A stretch of 63,602 nt of DNA, the filler included, from Guillardia theta CCMP2712 (Eukaryota > Protista > Cryptophyta), in the NCBI RefSeq assembly GCF_000315625.1. It is 5 parts of 5 records of this genome, joined end to end, with 100 filler letters (N's around TTAATTAATTAA, not from the genome) between each part and the next. Parts side by side here need not be neighbours in the genome. Positions count along the whole stretch, not along the records: positions 36,723 to 60,102 come from NW_005434398.1; 4 more parts are not named here. One strand, written 5' to 3'. Shown here one piece after another: positions 37,396 through 48,460 of this stretch. Within the stretch, counting starts at the first letter, position 1. Every line of letters begins with the position of its first letter. A program made the position numbers and the translations under genes. The notes below the pieces were generated by a model. The model searched no databases. It saw only the letters and a program-made list of their open reading frames with translations, and was not told where the DNA came from.

Positions 37396-37410
37396 AGAAA
37401 ACCTCTACCG

Positions 37411-38481
37411 TTAGTCGTTCCCTTTCAGCATCTTCACCAGATAATCTGGGATGTTCACACCCCTGTCATGCAAAGCCAGAAACGCGTTCATCGCATCGGC
37501 CGCCCGCTGCGAGCGAGTAGCTTCCGCCTTAATTCGTTCTGCCTGGGCCTTGATGATATCTGCCTCGGCCTTGAGGACCTGTGCCTTCCCAAACTGCTCC
37601 ATAACGGCTCTGTCGTTTGCCTGAGAGGACTCCAGTAGATCGCACAGGCGGTCTTGCTGACTGAGAACGCCCGCAACATGGTCGGAGGACGGGCTGCCGC
37701 TTTTGCGGTTGGGCCCTTTCCCGTTGGGATACAGAGCTGGATCCTGCTTGGCGCGCTTCTGTAGACCGCATGAGGTGCCACGCCCATAGCTGCCTCCCTG
37801 TTCATTCTTCTTGCGCGTTTTCTGAACAGAATTATCCTCCTCGGAACTCGGATCTGCAGGCTCGGGGGAGGGAGTTAAGCACTGCTCAGTCTGTGCTGCG
37901 ATGTTATAACCACAACGTTTAGCGGTGGTCTCCATAGCACCCTGTAGCCTCTCCCTGGCGTCATTCTCCTCATCCTGAGCATCCCTCTTCTCCCTCTCCT
38001 TCCGGTCTTTCATAGCCTTCATCCGGCCGGCCAGATCGAGCATGAGCTGGTGCATCTCTGAAAGTTCCCCGCCACCATTCTGCCACAGCTTCACCCATTT
38101 TTCCTCACCTCCGTTAGCGATTTCCTCAGCTTGTTTCTCAATCTTGCGCCATTTGTCCTTCAAGGTGTTCAACTTCAGCTGCCCTGCAAACACAGGATGC
38201 CCGTTGAGCGCCTCCTGAGCCTCCTTCAGCGTCTTCTCCTTCTTCCCCCATTCAAATATGGCACCATCGTTGTATTGCATGACACATTTGATGATCTCTA
38301 CCATGCGCTGTTCCCCATCCCCCTTGAATTGCATGGCCGCATGGGACAGTTCAGATGGCTCTCCCACGCCTACTGCATTAGGTTCTTCATCGCCTGCTCC
38401 AACACGTAGTGGAGCGCCGTGGGGATCTTCAGCCTGCATAGGTTGCTGCATGGTTGATGCGCGCGCGATTGGTGAATACAA
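37411..38481 (-). CDS. Harbinger accessory Myb/SANT-like DNA-binding protein
   Basis: Convergent with the transposase (15-bp gap). Helical N-terminal region (IFEWGKKEK...LKLNTLKDKWRKI) plus coiled coils is the standard second ORF of Harbinger elements. Likely ATG at 38451. Confidence 0.7.
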   Translation of the reverse strand: MYSPIARASTMQQPMQAEDPHGAPLRVGAGDEEPNAVGVGEPSELSHAAMQFKGDGEQRMVEIIKCVMQYNDGAIFEWGKKEKTLKEAQEALNGHPVFAGQLKLNTLKDKWRKIEKQAEEIANGGEEKWVKLWQNGGGELSEMHQLMLDLAGRMKAMKDRKEREKRDAQDEENDARERLQGAMETTAKRCGYNIAAQTEQCLTPSPEPADPSSEEDNSVQKTRKKNEQGGSYGRGTSCGLQKRAKQDPALYPNGKGPNRKSGSPSSDHVAGVLSQQDRLCDLLESSQANDRAVMEQFGKAQVLKAEADIIKAQAERIKAEATRSQRAADAMNAFLALHDRGVNIPDYLVKMLKGND

Positions 38482-39258
38482 GGACTGGATCTCGCAGGGC
38501 GCTTCAAGATTCTTTCACTAAGTCAAAAAAAAAGGAGAGAATTCTATATATATTAATATTAAAGAGAGTAACTGGTACAAATAAGTGTACCGCATATATA
38601 TGTAATTTACTCAATTATCAGTACTGATCGCCGGTACAAATTAGTACCAGAGTTTTGAACCTTAGGCATTTCAAACGATCACGCCAACAATGCGTGCAAG
38701 GTACTGAAACTATGCATGTTTCGCGATAAATGTGTCCATCAACTGCAATTTTTTCAAAGCCATTCATGTTCACCTTCAAGTTCATCATCTACACACACAT
38801 TCCAGGCTTCCAGGCTTTGGCTTTGCATGAACCTAAACTATCCTCTGGACTTCCCTCTTTCTTCACTCCTGTCTTTCTTCTGTCTAGTGCATATGATCAT
38901 GATGTTCCAATCCCTCCTCCTACCATTTGCTTCTGTTAATCTACACCCATCACCCCCCCCCCGCCCCTTCCNNNNNNNNNNNNNNNNNNNNNNNNNNNNN
39001 NNNNNNNNNNNNNNNNNNNNNNNNNNNNNNNNNNNNNNNNNNNNNNNNNNNNNNNNNNNNNNNNNNNNNNNTGGTAGGTTTCATCTCTCTTACTCTTCCC
39101 TCCCTCCCTCCTTCCTTGGCATTCATGATGGTTTCTTGCGAGCCTTCCCTCCCACTCCTCACAGACTATGCTTGCGACTTCTTTCCATCCACCTATCCCA
39201 ACCTCTCTTGTCCGCGTCTCTTTTGGCATCTTTATTTTATACCAAGCTTCAGTTCCGC

Positions 39259-42200
39259 TCAGTTCCCTGGCAAGTTTCTCTTTAACATCGCCGCATAGCT
39301 CCCGGCTGTGCTGTCAGTCACAGCAGGTTCATCAGCCTGTGTCTCCTCACCGCGACCACCTGTCACATCATCATCATCTGCTGATGGGTCTGCAACAATC
39401 TGTTCAGCTGTTGGTGCAGCGCCTTCACTCCGATTGCTTCTCCATATAATTCCCAGATTCTTGTAGTAAAGAATGTACGAATATGAACAAAACCGTTTCC
39501 GCGTGCCAAGGTCCACCCATGCGTCTTTCCCATAAACTGTCTCAACCACTTCACGAAATCCTGTTCTGTAACATTGCATCAAGTTCTGTGGCATAATCTC
39601 TTCTCCTTGTGCAAGCACCCCCCGTTCCCGGCAAATCCTCTCCACTTCATTCATGACCACCCTCGCTTTGTTGATGTTCCTCCTTGTGTTGTAGTCTGTT
39701 ATGTCGTCCCGGTACCGTGCAAGTCCAAGGTACTTGAATGGCCGGATCCTCCGCACTTGACCTGTGTCATCAATTATGTCCTGTCCAATATTCCACCACA
39801 TGAACATGCTCCTCGTCGGCACCCGCAAAGGGAAGGTAAAGTTGCTTGGAACCATGTGCTTAGCACGTCCATCCATTTCCCCTTCCCACTCGAAATCGTC
39901 TCCCCCTACCTCCAATTCACTGCTCGCACGTAGCACTCCCTGCCCACTGCGAGCGGATTGGTTCGAGTTCACTTCTTCCTCAGATCCTTGTCCATCTGCT
40001 GGAGAATCCAGTTCTTCCTCCATCATCTCCCTCGAATCATTGCGGCCGGCCACTCGGTCATCTTGTATCGCGGGGATGTTTAATCTGCCCAGAATCTGCA
40101 TCACCTCTGCCCGTATCAACTCTTTGATACTCTCCGTTTGCTTCTGATTCTGCGCCTCAACCACGTTCTTGACCATACCTTCGAATTCCGCCATCTTCTT
40201 GACGATACCTTGGAATCCCGCCATCAATTGGCCGAATACACCACCACTGCCCATGCCTGCATCTGTCTCAATTCCCTGCATCATTGGTCTGTTAGTTGCA
40301 CTGCACTGTCCACTGGAAGTTGTAGCATTGCTGCTGTTTGACAAGAATAATTCCTGTGCCTGCCCTGCCACCGTCTCGCCTCCTTCTGTGCTTCGAACGA
40401 CTGTGAATGGAAGTGCTGAACCGGTGAAATGCGCCCTAATCTCCTGCCTGATTTCTCCCAGTTCTCTCAAGATGTCAGTCTTGGACGGGGTTCCACTGGC
40501 GGTCATCCCACATTCTGTACATCTGTGCACGGGTACGACAACCTCTTTTCGAAGCAACATGAGTCTTCTCATCGTGTCCGCACCAAATATACCAAACATA
40601 GGCATGCCCCATATGAAATGATCATTGTCAGGATACCATCCTTGTAAGGTAGGGAGATGATACAGAATGCTCGCAAGGAAGAATTCGGTACATTTCTTAA
40701 AACCGTTCGGGAATTGCTCGTATCCATCGACAAAACGCTCCCACCCTATCTCTTTCACCTGTCTCAACCCTTCCTGTGTGAAATGCGGAGGCAAAACCCC
40801 AAAATTGGCCGTGGTGCTATCGTTCCCTGCCAGTATTCTTCCCGCGAACTGATCTCCTCCCGTCCCACCAAGAATGTATCGATCCTGTGTATCTCCTAAA
40901 CATAATAGTATCATGAAGTGAAGTCCAAATCCCTACATGCCATACCTATCTTCCAGTTGGCTCTTATGTACACTGTGGGTGCTCCTGAACGTGTTAAAAT
41001 CAGCAGTCATTCCAGATTGATAAAACATCAAACCTGGGCCATCCAGCATCCCTAGAAGGTGGGAAATACCACCCTTTCTTAACGAGTGCGTGCCAGGAAT
41101 TCCAAAGTTGTCAGGTTGTTCCTCGCGTAGAACCCTTTGCAAAAGCTGTTGAAATCGATGTCGTTGGTCCCTCCCAATAAACAATTTGCTGCCTTGCTCT
41201 GACAAGCAAATCCCCCTGCATGCAAAGGTGTAAAGCCCAAGAATGAGGATCGGGCAAATTTCAGGGCTGTGCGGAGCCGCAAAAACATGTTTCACACGAG
41301 TGCTCTTCAAATCCGTGCCTATGCCTGCTTGGTCCGTTTTAGTTCGAAGCAACACTACTTTCATGGCGTCTTCTTCCCACGACAGGTGTTCCAAATGAAG
41401 GATGTCCAGTGATTCACTCCGACATACCAGGTTCCACATGAGGTTGGTGCATAGCCAACCGAAAAGCCATGAGTCCCCGGGTTCTGTGCTTCCCCTGCGA
41501 GGTTTGATATGTCTCACAAAGTTGCACAACATTCGATACTGCTGCATGTTGATAGCAGTTCGACCTTCTTCCATGGACATTATCCCTTTGCTCTTCTTTT
41601 GTGCGACCACCTTCTTGTATGAATGCATACTGTCCTCCAATTCAAGGTCCAATGAAACATCTTTTGGTATCCCCGTCGCTGTGAAGGGTACTTTCCTTCG
41701 CTTGTACAGATATTTCAAAGGATGGTGGACACCGCAACGGTTGCTTTCTCTGATGCTTTTGTAGAAGCAGATCCTTCGCCATTCTCCGGGACCTCCGGGA
41801 CCTCCGGGACCTCCGGGACCTCCGGGACCTCCGCAACCTCATCTTCCTCTTGTCCATCATCCTCTCCGATGTCTTGGTTGATGTGCATAGACGATGAAGC
41901 TTCTTCCAATGCTATTGATGCGTTACTATCATTGTTGCCAGTTTGACCTCGTGGTCTCTTCCTTGCTCGGGCCAACTGGTCGTTTCCAGACAAATATCCG
42001 AAAAAAGCGAGAAGCGGTTCATATGGAAGTGGTACCTTCAAATTATCCAAAGACTCAGTCAAAGCGCAATGATAAGCTGGAAAGGATTTGAAGAAAAGTA
42101 TCATTGCAAATATGCGATATGCGTAGGTTTTCTGCGTGCTGATGCTGACCCTGTGCGATTCTAAGTTCCTGAATGCTTGCACGTTGCTGTCACTGTTCGT

Positions 42201-42476
42201 TGCCATCGGTGCGTCGGGATCATTGAAAACGGACAGTATGTCAAACTCATCTCCTTCCCGCGTCCGTTTACGTGGCCTGCCACCCACCCCAAGTCTCTTG
42301 CCGCCTCTCTGACATGTTCCGCAATAGTCCCCTTGATCGCTATTAGCACGTTGAAAGGCACATAGAATATGGAATTTTTTTTGGCAACTTCGACATACCT
42401 TCAACTGTGCATCATCTCTTTCCCGCAACTGACAATCAGGTCCAAATAAGCATGTGCTGCCATTTTCAGTCGCCAT
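39259..42476 (-). mobile_element. Crypton tyrosine-recombinase transposon gene with N-terminal PHD-like zinc finger, two introns and one frameshift
   Basis: Tyrosine-recombinase residues CRS, TKTDQ, HSLRKG, RANW, QDRY. Removing introns 40985-41033 and 40896-40945 gives GPGAPTVYIRANWKIGDTQDRYI. Also GDQFAGRILAG...LPPHF and HMVPSNFTFP...WW..G..IRPF. Frameshift near 41718. Confidence 0.88.
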
Positions 42477-43726
42477 GTCACCCTATGTTGATGCTGCGTG
42501 TTTTCAGTTCCGATGATATATCGCGATGTTTTGCCCCAATCCTGCAATGTGACCAGGCCCAATCCTGAAGACTGGTGTAAGATGGAAGGGATTGCTTGGC
42601 AAACAGCGAGAAATGAGTGCATACCGGATGATGAAGGATGAAATAAGCTGGAAGGCGACGATGGAATGCTTGTGGTGCTCTTGGTTGTACCACTTGGTTG
42701 TACCACTGTGGTAGTTTGCATTGTAGCACCGGTACTTTCAAAATGTAAACGTTACCTTCACCCCTTCTGCAGTGGGTTTTAGATGGGGTATCAATTGACC
42801 CACCCCATGGGATTACAGGCATGTATCACCCCCCACCCCCCTTCCTTCCTACTTGTGCGATCCTCTATCACTGTGTTTTTCTTTCCCTTGTGTACCGGTC
42901 GTACTGAAAATTAGTACGTCATATCGCAGTTTTCAAGGGCGTCAGTATGTAAAAGGACAATTGAAGGACCGGTCCCTATTAATCATTTTATCCCCCGATG
43001 CCAGCGCTCTAAAACATAAATAGACAACAAATTGGGATTTTAGGGCACTTTTTTCAAATTTTACCAAAAAAGAGAATCCTAAGCTTTTTTTGGAGGCGCC
43101 CTACATCTTGGGATACAAGAAATTCAAATTAAATTCGCGTTGTAAGCTCGCGGTACATCAAATTGGCCTCTGGTACAAATTATTCATCGTACATTAAATT
43201 GCCTCTGGTACAACAATTTCATGGTACATTAATTCGAAAAGCTCTCGTTTCAATAGTCGGTGGAAATTGTGGGTGTATTCCACCAACTTTTGAATTTGCA
43301 ATTCTGGGTCCGAGGTCCCATATTTGATTTACTCAATTTTTTGATGTACCAGCATTCCACCTGTAATTGGCGTACCGAACACGCCTACTACCCCATAATA
43401 AACTAGACTTGAAAAATTTCAGACCCCCCCGGGGAGGGTTATTTTGGTACCATATCCCCCCTAGATGGAGCAAGGTTGGAACGTATTTATACGTTTTGGG
43501 CATATTCCGGGCCTCTCCGGCGATCGCGGGTATCACCGGGACAAACAGCTAGCAAATATGTAAATTTCAATGGAGAACTCGAGTTGTGCAGAGTCGGCTG
43601 GAAACGGCTCGTACATCCCCGTTGCGTTACACTACTACTGACCATGTTAGTCTTAGGAATGCCTCGTGTACATTCTCGGAAGCTCTCAAGGCATCCACCA
43701 TTATGACATTTGGAGCGAGCTAAACA

Positions 43727-44878
43727 TTGCTTTTGTTTATTCCCTGTGGAAGTGTTTGCTTCTTTTACGCTATGAGGAATGTGAATGTGTTTCTTTGTTT
43801 TGTTCTGTTGTGTTACTGGTCGATTGGTACGAAATTTTTATACTTTGCACCGTATTCGCTGACTACAAACTTGGTACAACTTTCTAAATTTGAAAATGCC
43901 AGCATCGTGAAACAATTACCATTGTTCCAGGATGTCGGTCTTTCATGCAATGTCGACTTGAATGATCGGAGCCTTTCTCAGCCCTTCATTTTTGTTATGT
44001 TCGGAACCCGAGCATTCTTACCCTTGATATTAAATTGGCTGTGCAATACATTGTTGTTTTCCGGTATACACAATAGGACTGTAATCATCGTAGATGACTA
44101 TTTTAGCTCGAATGCATTGTCGTCTTACAACGTTGGGTTGTGTATGACTTCCAAGCTTCATTTAAATCACACTGGTTTTCACTACAACACTTTCGGTTAC
44201 TGGCAGTTGGTCCAGCAAAGAGTTCGCATAATTGAATACCTCACAGCACTGAAAATTCCGATCCTCCTTTTTGAGCCAGATGCTTTGTGGGTTCGAAATC
44301 CTTTAGAAGATGATGAGCTCATGAATGCTGAAGAAGATCTTGTGGGTTTTAATGATGATGGCAATTTTGGTTTTGGGTGGCTGAGGTTGACTACTTCCGA
44401 ATCTGTTCATGCATTGATGCAAGCAGTACGTATTCAATTTGACAAACAATTACAAAATGTTGTGAACTTAGATTACAATCATCCTCTTTCTATGGCAGGA
44501 GAGCAACATGTCATGGTTAACCTTCTGAAAAATCGAAAGAAAGAGGCTGGATTTTCCAACATAACCACAAGAATGTTGACGGAATGCAAATATCTGAGTG
44601 GCAAGTGGTATGACGGAGGCAGGGGGGGCAATGGAGAGTCAGTGAGGAAGAAGTGTAATGGTTTTCCTGTGGTGATCAACAATAATTGGATCGTGGGCAA
44701 TGAGGCTAAAATAGCACGTGCAAAACGTTGGGGCCATTGGTTCCTCCCAGATGATCTGAACGGTACGTGTGGTTCAACAAGGTTTTTGGAGGGTGCCATG
44801 TATCGAATGCGCCACTCGATTAAGACTGCAAAACCTTTCAATGGGCCACCTCGGCAGGATGAGTGTCCGCTCTGCTGA
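43727..44878 (+). CDS. Nucleotide-diphospho-sugar transferase (GT77 / Nucleotid_trans-like), type II membrane
   Basis: N-terminal TM; LNWLCN, Y..L...RV, LLFEPDALW..NP, EQ, SGKWY and NNWIVGNEAKIARAKRWGHWFL. Confidence 0.85.
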   Translation: MLLFIPCGSVCFFYAMRNVNVFLCFVLLCYWSIGTKFLYFAPYSLTTNLVQLSKFENASIVKQLPLFQDVGLSCNVDLNDRSLSQPFIFVMFGTRAFLPLILNWLCNTLLFSGIHNRTVIIVDDYFSSNALSSYNVGLCMTSKLHLNHTGFHYNTFGYWQLVQQRVRIIEYLTALKIPILLFEPDALWVRNPLEDDELMNAEEDLVGFNDDGNFGFGWLRLTTSESVHALMQAVRIQFDKQLQNVVNLDYNHPLSMAGEQHVMVNLLKNRKKEAGFSNITTRMLTECKYLSGKWYDGGRGGNGESVRKKCNGFPVVINNNWIVGNEAKIARAKRWGHWFLPDDLNGTCGSTRFLEGAMYRMRHSIKTAKPFNGPPRQDECPLC

Positions 44879-45403
44879 GTAACAATTCAGAAACTGGATT
44901 CTGCAAAACAATTAAACATCTACGAAGCTGCACGTCTATTTTTGAGTGATCCAGCATCACTTGCCTCGTTTGAGCTCTCGCATCTTACAAATCAGCTTCT
45001 GCGTCTCTTCTAACGAAGAATCAGGGAAATCACCCGCTGGCCCACGTGCAACCATACTTTCAAGATACGTGAGGAGACATGCACAAAAAACTATGTCAAG
45101 AGTCATCAAGATATTTGTTCTGGTCGTCACGTTCTTGAATTTTTCTTTCAGACTGATGACACAAGGAGACATCAGATCAGTCCAAATGAAGACTAAGAAA
45201 GCTCTCCATGTCCTGAGATGGAAACTTGGAGGAGATTTTAAAGTTTGTGATTAGCGGAGCTGCCGTCTTCATGAATCAGACGGATGGATGCCCCATATAG
45301 AACCTGAAGCACATTGCGCAATTGCTTTTTATTGTTTTGCTTGCTATCAGGGTCACCTACATTGAGAAGCAAATCTCAGCAAACGAGCGAGTAATAGGAA
45401 AAT

Positions 45404-46504
45404 TTAGCGAATTGGTCGAATATATTTAGGATTGAAAAACCAATTGCTTCTAACAAAATTGCCGTAGTAAGTATATTTTTGCGATTGAAGGAATGCAATG
45501 ACTTCCCTTTCCTTCTGTCGATCCAGCCCTTCTGCCTGCGGCCAGACTGAATGAGTCGCGAAAAATATAACGAAACAAGCAAACCTCTACGAGTATGACC
45601 GAAAATGTGTGAGATTCGAAATCAATGGTTTTCAAAACCTGCATTCAATCGTAAGGATCACCTATCTATGTACGAAAATATTTACCTCCAACTCACCGCC
45701 TTCAACATCTAAAGATAGCATATCAACATGGACAATAGCAAACATGTTGAGCACATATTCTAGTGGTACACACAGAATCTTAGTGAGCTGATAAGTGCGA
45801 TGCCATCTGTAACAAATTTTCATAACTGACAATGAAAAATGAAGTTCGACTCACCCTCGGAGAAACTGAGGGGACATAAATTGCAAAATCCCTTTGACTG
45901 CAGGATGTCCGCTTGTGACATAATCAACTACCGAAAGATTTGAACAAACAGCAGCATGAACTAAGATTTGACTCGGTCGATGGCTCACGAGCTTTGCAAA
46001 ATTAGAAGGATCGGCTTCGATGAGCAAGCCATGCCATCCAAAACTCTTTTCAAAAGCATGAGTATTGGAAAATGTCAAACCATCCAAAGCTCCGAGTTCT
46101 ACAAACGTTCCATTCCCTGCAAGACGTTTATGTTTGATTGAAGCGGAAAAAAAATTGCGATAAGCAAATTCATCCTCCCCACTCTGACTTCGCATGTGTA
46201 GTAGACTTCCATTTCCTGTTCGACTCCTTGGACGAGACAACATTTGCAATAATGGAGCATGTAATGTTCCACCTTGAAATTCTCCGAACAAACTTATATC
46301 AACCTTGTTGATGTTTGACCATTGTGATGACTTTGCGGGAGTCCCGACCAAATCACAACTACATTTCCTCAAACGAGTCGATGAACAAAGAGTCTCGAAA
46401 ACGAATCCGAACATGATGCTCGCGAGAAAAGCTGTTACAAGAGTAATGAGCAAACATCTTTTGAGATCGGGAGTCCGCACTTGATGTGGACATGCTAATT
46501 CCAT
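45404..46504 (-). CDS. FkbM-family (Methyltransf_21) SAM-dependent methyltransferase, 4 exons
   Basis: SQSGED, FVELGALDG..FSNT..FE...GWHGLLIEA. Spliced continuation gives VDMLSLDVEGGELE|VLKTIDF..VILVE|AEG...NWFFNPKYIRPIR*. N-terminal TM anchor. Confidence 0.88.
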
Positions 46505-46563
46505 AACCGGTGAAATCCTCGCACAACTGCCGGCGTGAACATAAAAAACCCAAGAAATTGTTT

Positions 46564-46762
46564 ACCGGTCACGGCCGCCCGGAGACATCAGCCGCCCGGA
46601 GACATCAGGCCCCCGGCCAATCTCCGGACACTTAGCCTCCTGGCGGGCCTCCAGGGGGTCTGAGGCGGGGCTGAAGGCTGCAGTCGGTCTACTGACGGGC
46701 CCGGCCGGCAGGATCCGTCGAGAAACAGGGGGGTCAAGGGAGGTTTTCTTCCCCCTGGGAGA
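46564..46762 (-). repeat. Inverted copy of part of the 332-bp terminal repeat unit
   Basis: Reverse complement matches TCTCCCAGGGGGAAGAAAACC...GGCCGTGACCGGT of the array at 58.5-59.9 kb, with a small internal duplication. Confidence 0.95.
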
Positions 46763-46914
46763 TTCCTCTTCCGTCCTCGTTTCTTCGGAGCCACCGGTTG
46801 ATGCATAACCCCAGGCATCGATTCCATGGAGTCATGGGATTGCTGCGAGAGGCGGAGGAATTCTGCCATAGAGACGCGGCTGTCCCGCGAATCATCCCTA
46901 TGAATCTCCTCCAT
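46588..46914 (-). pseudogene. ORF truncated by, and reading into, the left repeat
   Basis: Unique N-terminus ending in NLS-like PKKRGRKR, then repeat-encoded LPGGRKPP... Confidence 0.45.
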
Positions 46915-47009
46915 GGCACCGATGGCTTGGGATATTCAAGGGTCGCAAGACCAAGCGCGTCGTAGTATTCAAAAAAGATCCCTGAAACCCTGCATGTGGG
47001 CGGGAATTG

Positions 47010-47205
47010 CAACCCGAGTAGCTGTAAAGTTTTTAGGATGGGTCAGGCCAACCCTGCCCGACGGGCCAGACGCTGCAGAATAGCTGTAAAATTTTTCGAT
47101 CGTGTAGTAATGAGCATCGGGCCAACCCTCAGGCCAAGCCAACCCTCCCCGGGAAGCTGTAAAATTTTTCATTGAGTAGTAAAAAGCGACGGGCCAACCC
47201 CCAGC
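47010..47205. repeat. Three imperfect ~65-70 bp iterated units with AGCTGTAAA(A/G)TTTTT and GGCCAACCC cores
   Basis: Cores at ~47020, 47082 and 47155; GCCAACCC occurs four times. Confidence 0.8.
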
Positions 47206-47290
47206 CACAAAAAACACACGCCAACGAATAAGGTTATGCGCCCCGAGCCCGGCGATCCTATTTGACCAGGCCTCCCGTGCGACTCACAAG

Positions 47291-47590
47291 ATGTACTTTA
47301 CACATTCCAACGGAGAGAGGGTCACCATCGGGAGTGACAGCCGGTTGACGGACCTGGAGGTGTTCATGAGGGCCAAGCCGTACCTCAACCGTAAGCTAAA
47401 CATCCACTACGGCAGCGGTCAGAGGGTAAGGGTGTACGACGAGCCCGAGCTCTCCGTGGTCAGCCGCATGGTTGCGGCCTACTACAATTTCGAGCTAGAG
47501 CAAGATTCCGATCTCTTCGAAGACCCTATCTTCAAGTCTAGCCTGTGGAACACATGCCTCTTTGCCCAAAGCGAGGACGGTCGGGGATAA
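47291..47590 (+). CDS. Hypothetical virus-like protein (may continue by frameshift to 47730)
   Basis: ATG ORF of 99 aa with TATTTGA at 47259-47265 upstream; an overlapping frame 47545-47730 continues past the stop. Confidence 0.6.
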   Translation: MYFTHSNGERVTIGSDSRLTDLEVFMRAKPYLNRKLNIHYGSGQRVRVYDEPELSVVSRMVAAYYNFELEQDSDLFEDPIFKSSLWNTCLFAQSEDGRG

Positions 47591-48022
47591 TCCCCGTCGA
47601 TGAGGCCAGGCAGGATGTCCATCATGCAACGGACAATGCGAGCAGTGAAGGTGAGGATGAGATCGGCCAATGCGAGGAAAAATACCGTAAGTGGCGACAC
47701 CTATTTATGAAATGCGGCATTGCGTTCTGATGAAGAGGGAGCAGCAGTAATCCTTGAAGTTCTCATATGTGCTAAGGCATGAGGTAGACTCACAAATCTC
47801 CTCCTCCACCGCCACATCCTTCGTCGCACACACGATGCCGCGCAGCTCTGATACAAAATCCGACGCACTCATCTGAGGCCGGCCCGGCATTGCTTGCCCC
47901 TACGCTTGCCGTTGAGCCCCGCGACCGTTTTTTTTTAAAAAAAAAAGAATTCAAATCCCCCTCCGGACCCTTTTTTAAAAACAGGGCCGCCACTGGCCAT
48001 TCCCACGCACCACCTACCACGC

Positions 48023-48289
48023 ATGGCCACCACGCCGCAGCTCGCCCCCTGGCTCATCAAGTCGCTCAACGAGGACACCATATTCGTCAAGCTTGCAAGA
48101 AAGGCAGAATGCAGCGAGGATGAGGACGACTTCGACGGGATCCTGTCCCCGCTGCCGACCAAGGTTGATCTGCAGGTGCCAAATACCCCAGTGAAGAAAA
48201 GGAAGACCTTCACGCCGATCCACTCGCCGGTAGAATCCGACGCCGAATCCTCCTCCCTATCCGACTCGGACTTCTCCTTGAATGAATAA
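48023..48289 (+). CDS. Small acidic/Ser-rich protein with NLS-like TPVKKRK
   Basis: 88-aa ATG ORF, upstream TTTTAAAA, AATAAA overlapping the stop. Confidence 0.6.
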   Translation: MATTPQLAPWLIKSLNEDTIFVKLARKAECSEDEDDFDGILSPLPTKVDLQVPNTPVKKRKTFTPIHSPVESDAESSSLSDSDFSLNE

Positions 48290-48309
48290 AAAAAAAGGGA
48301 TGCATATGC

Positions 48310-48460
48310 ATGCAGGGTACCTTTGACGGGAATTTCAGCACCTGTGTGATGTGCGGCCCTGGGTTTGTCTATTCTTTGAACACTTCGACTTGCCAGGATG
48401 TCAACGAGTGCTTGGACGCTTCTCTCTGCCCGGCCAACTCCACCTGCATCAACACCTATG
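48310..48460 (+). pseudogene. Calcium-binding EGF-like domain fragment
   Basis: CGPGF......CQDVNECLDASLCPANSTCINT, broken after NTY and joined out of frame to the next ORF. Confidence 0.7.

Larger units (their letters stand above)
36723..38661. mobile_element. PIF/Harbinger DNA transposon (left end in the gap)
   Basis: Transposase plus Myb-like gene pair. The candidate right end ...TTTTGAACC followed by TTA (38662-38664) fits a TWA target but is unverified. Confidence 0.75.

Noticed and set aside
43727-46504. GT77 and FkbM genes as viral cargo
   Set aside because: They lie outside the left inverted repeat and FkbM has three host-type introns.
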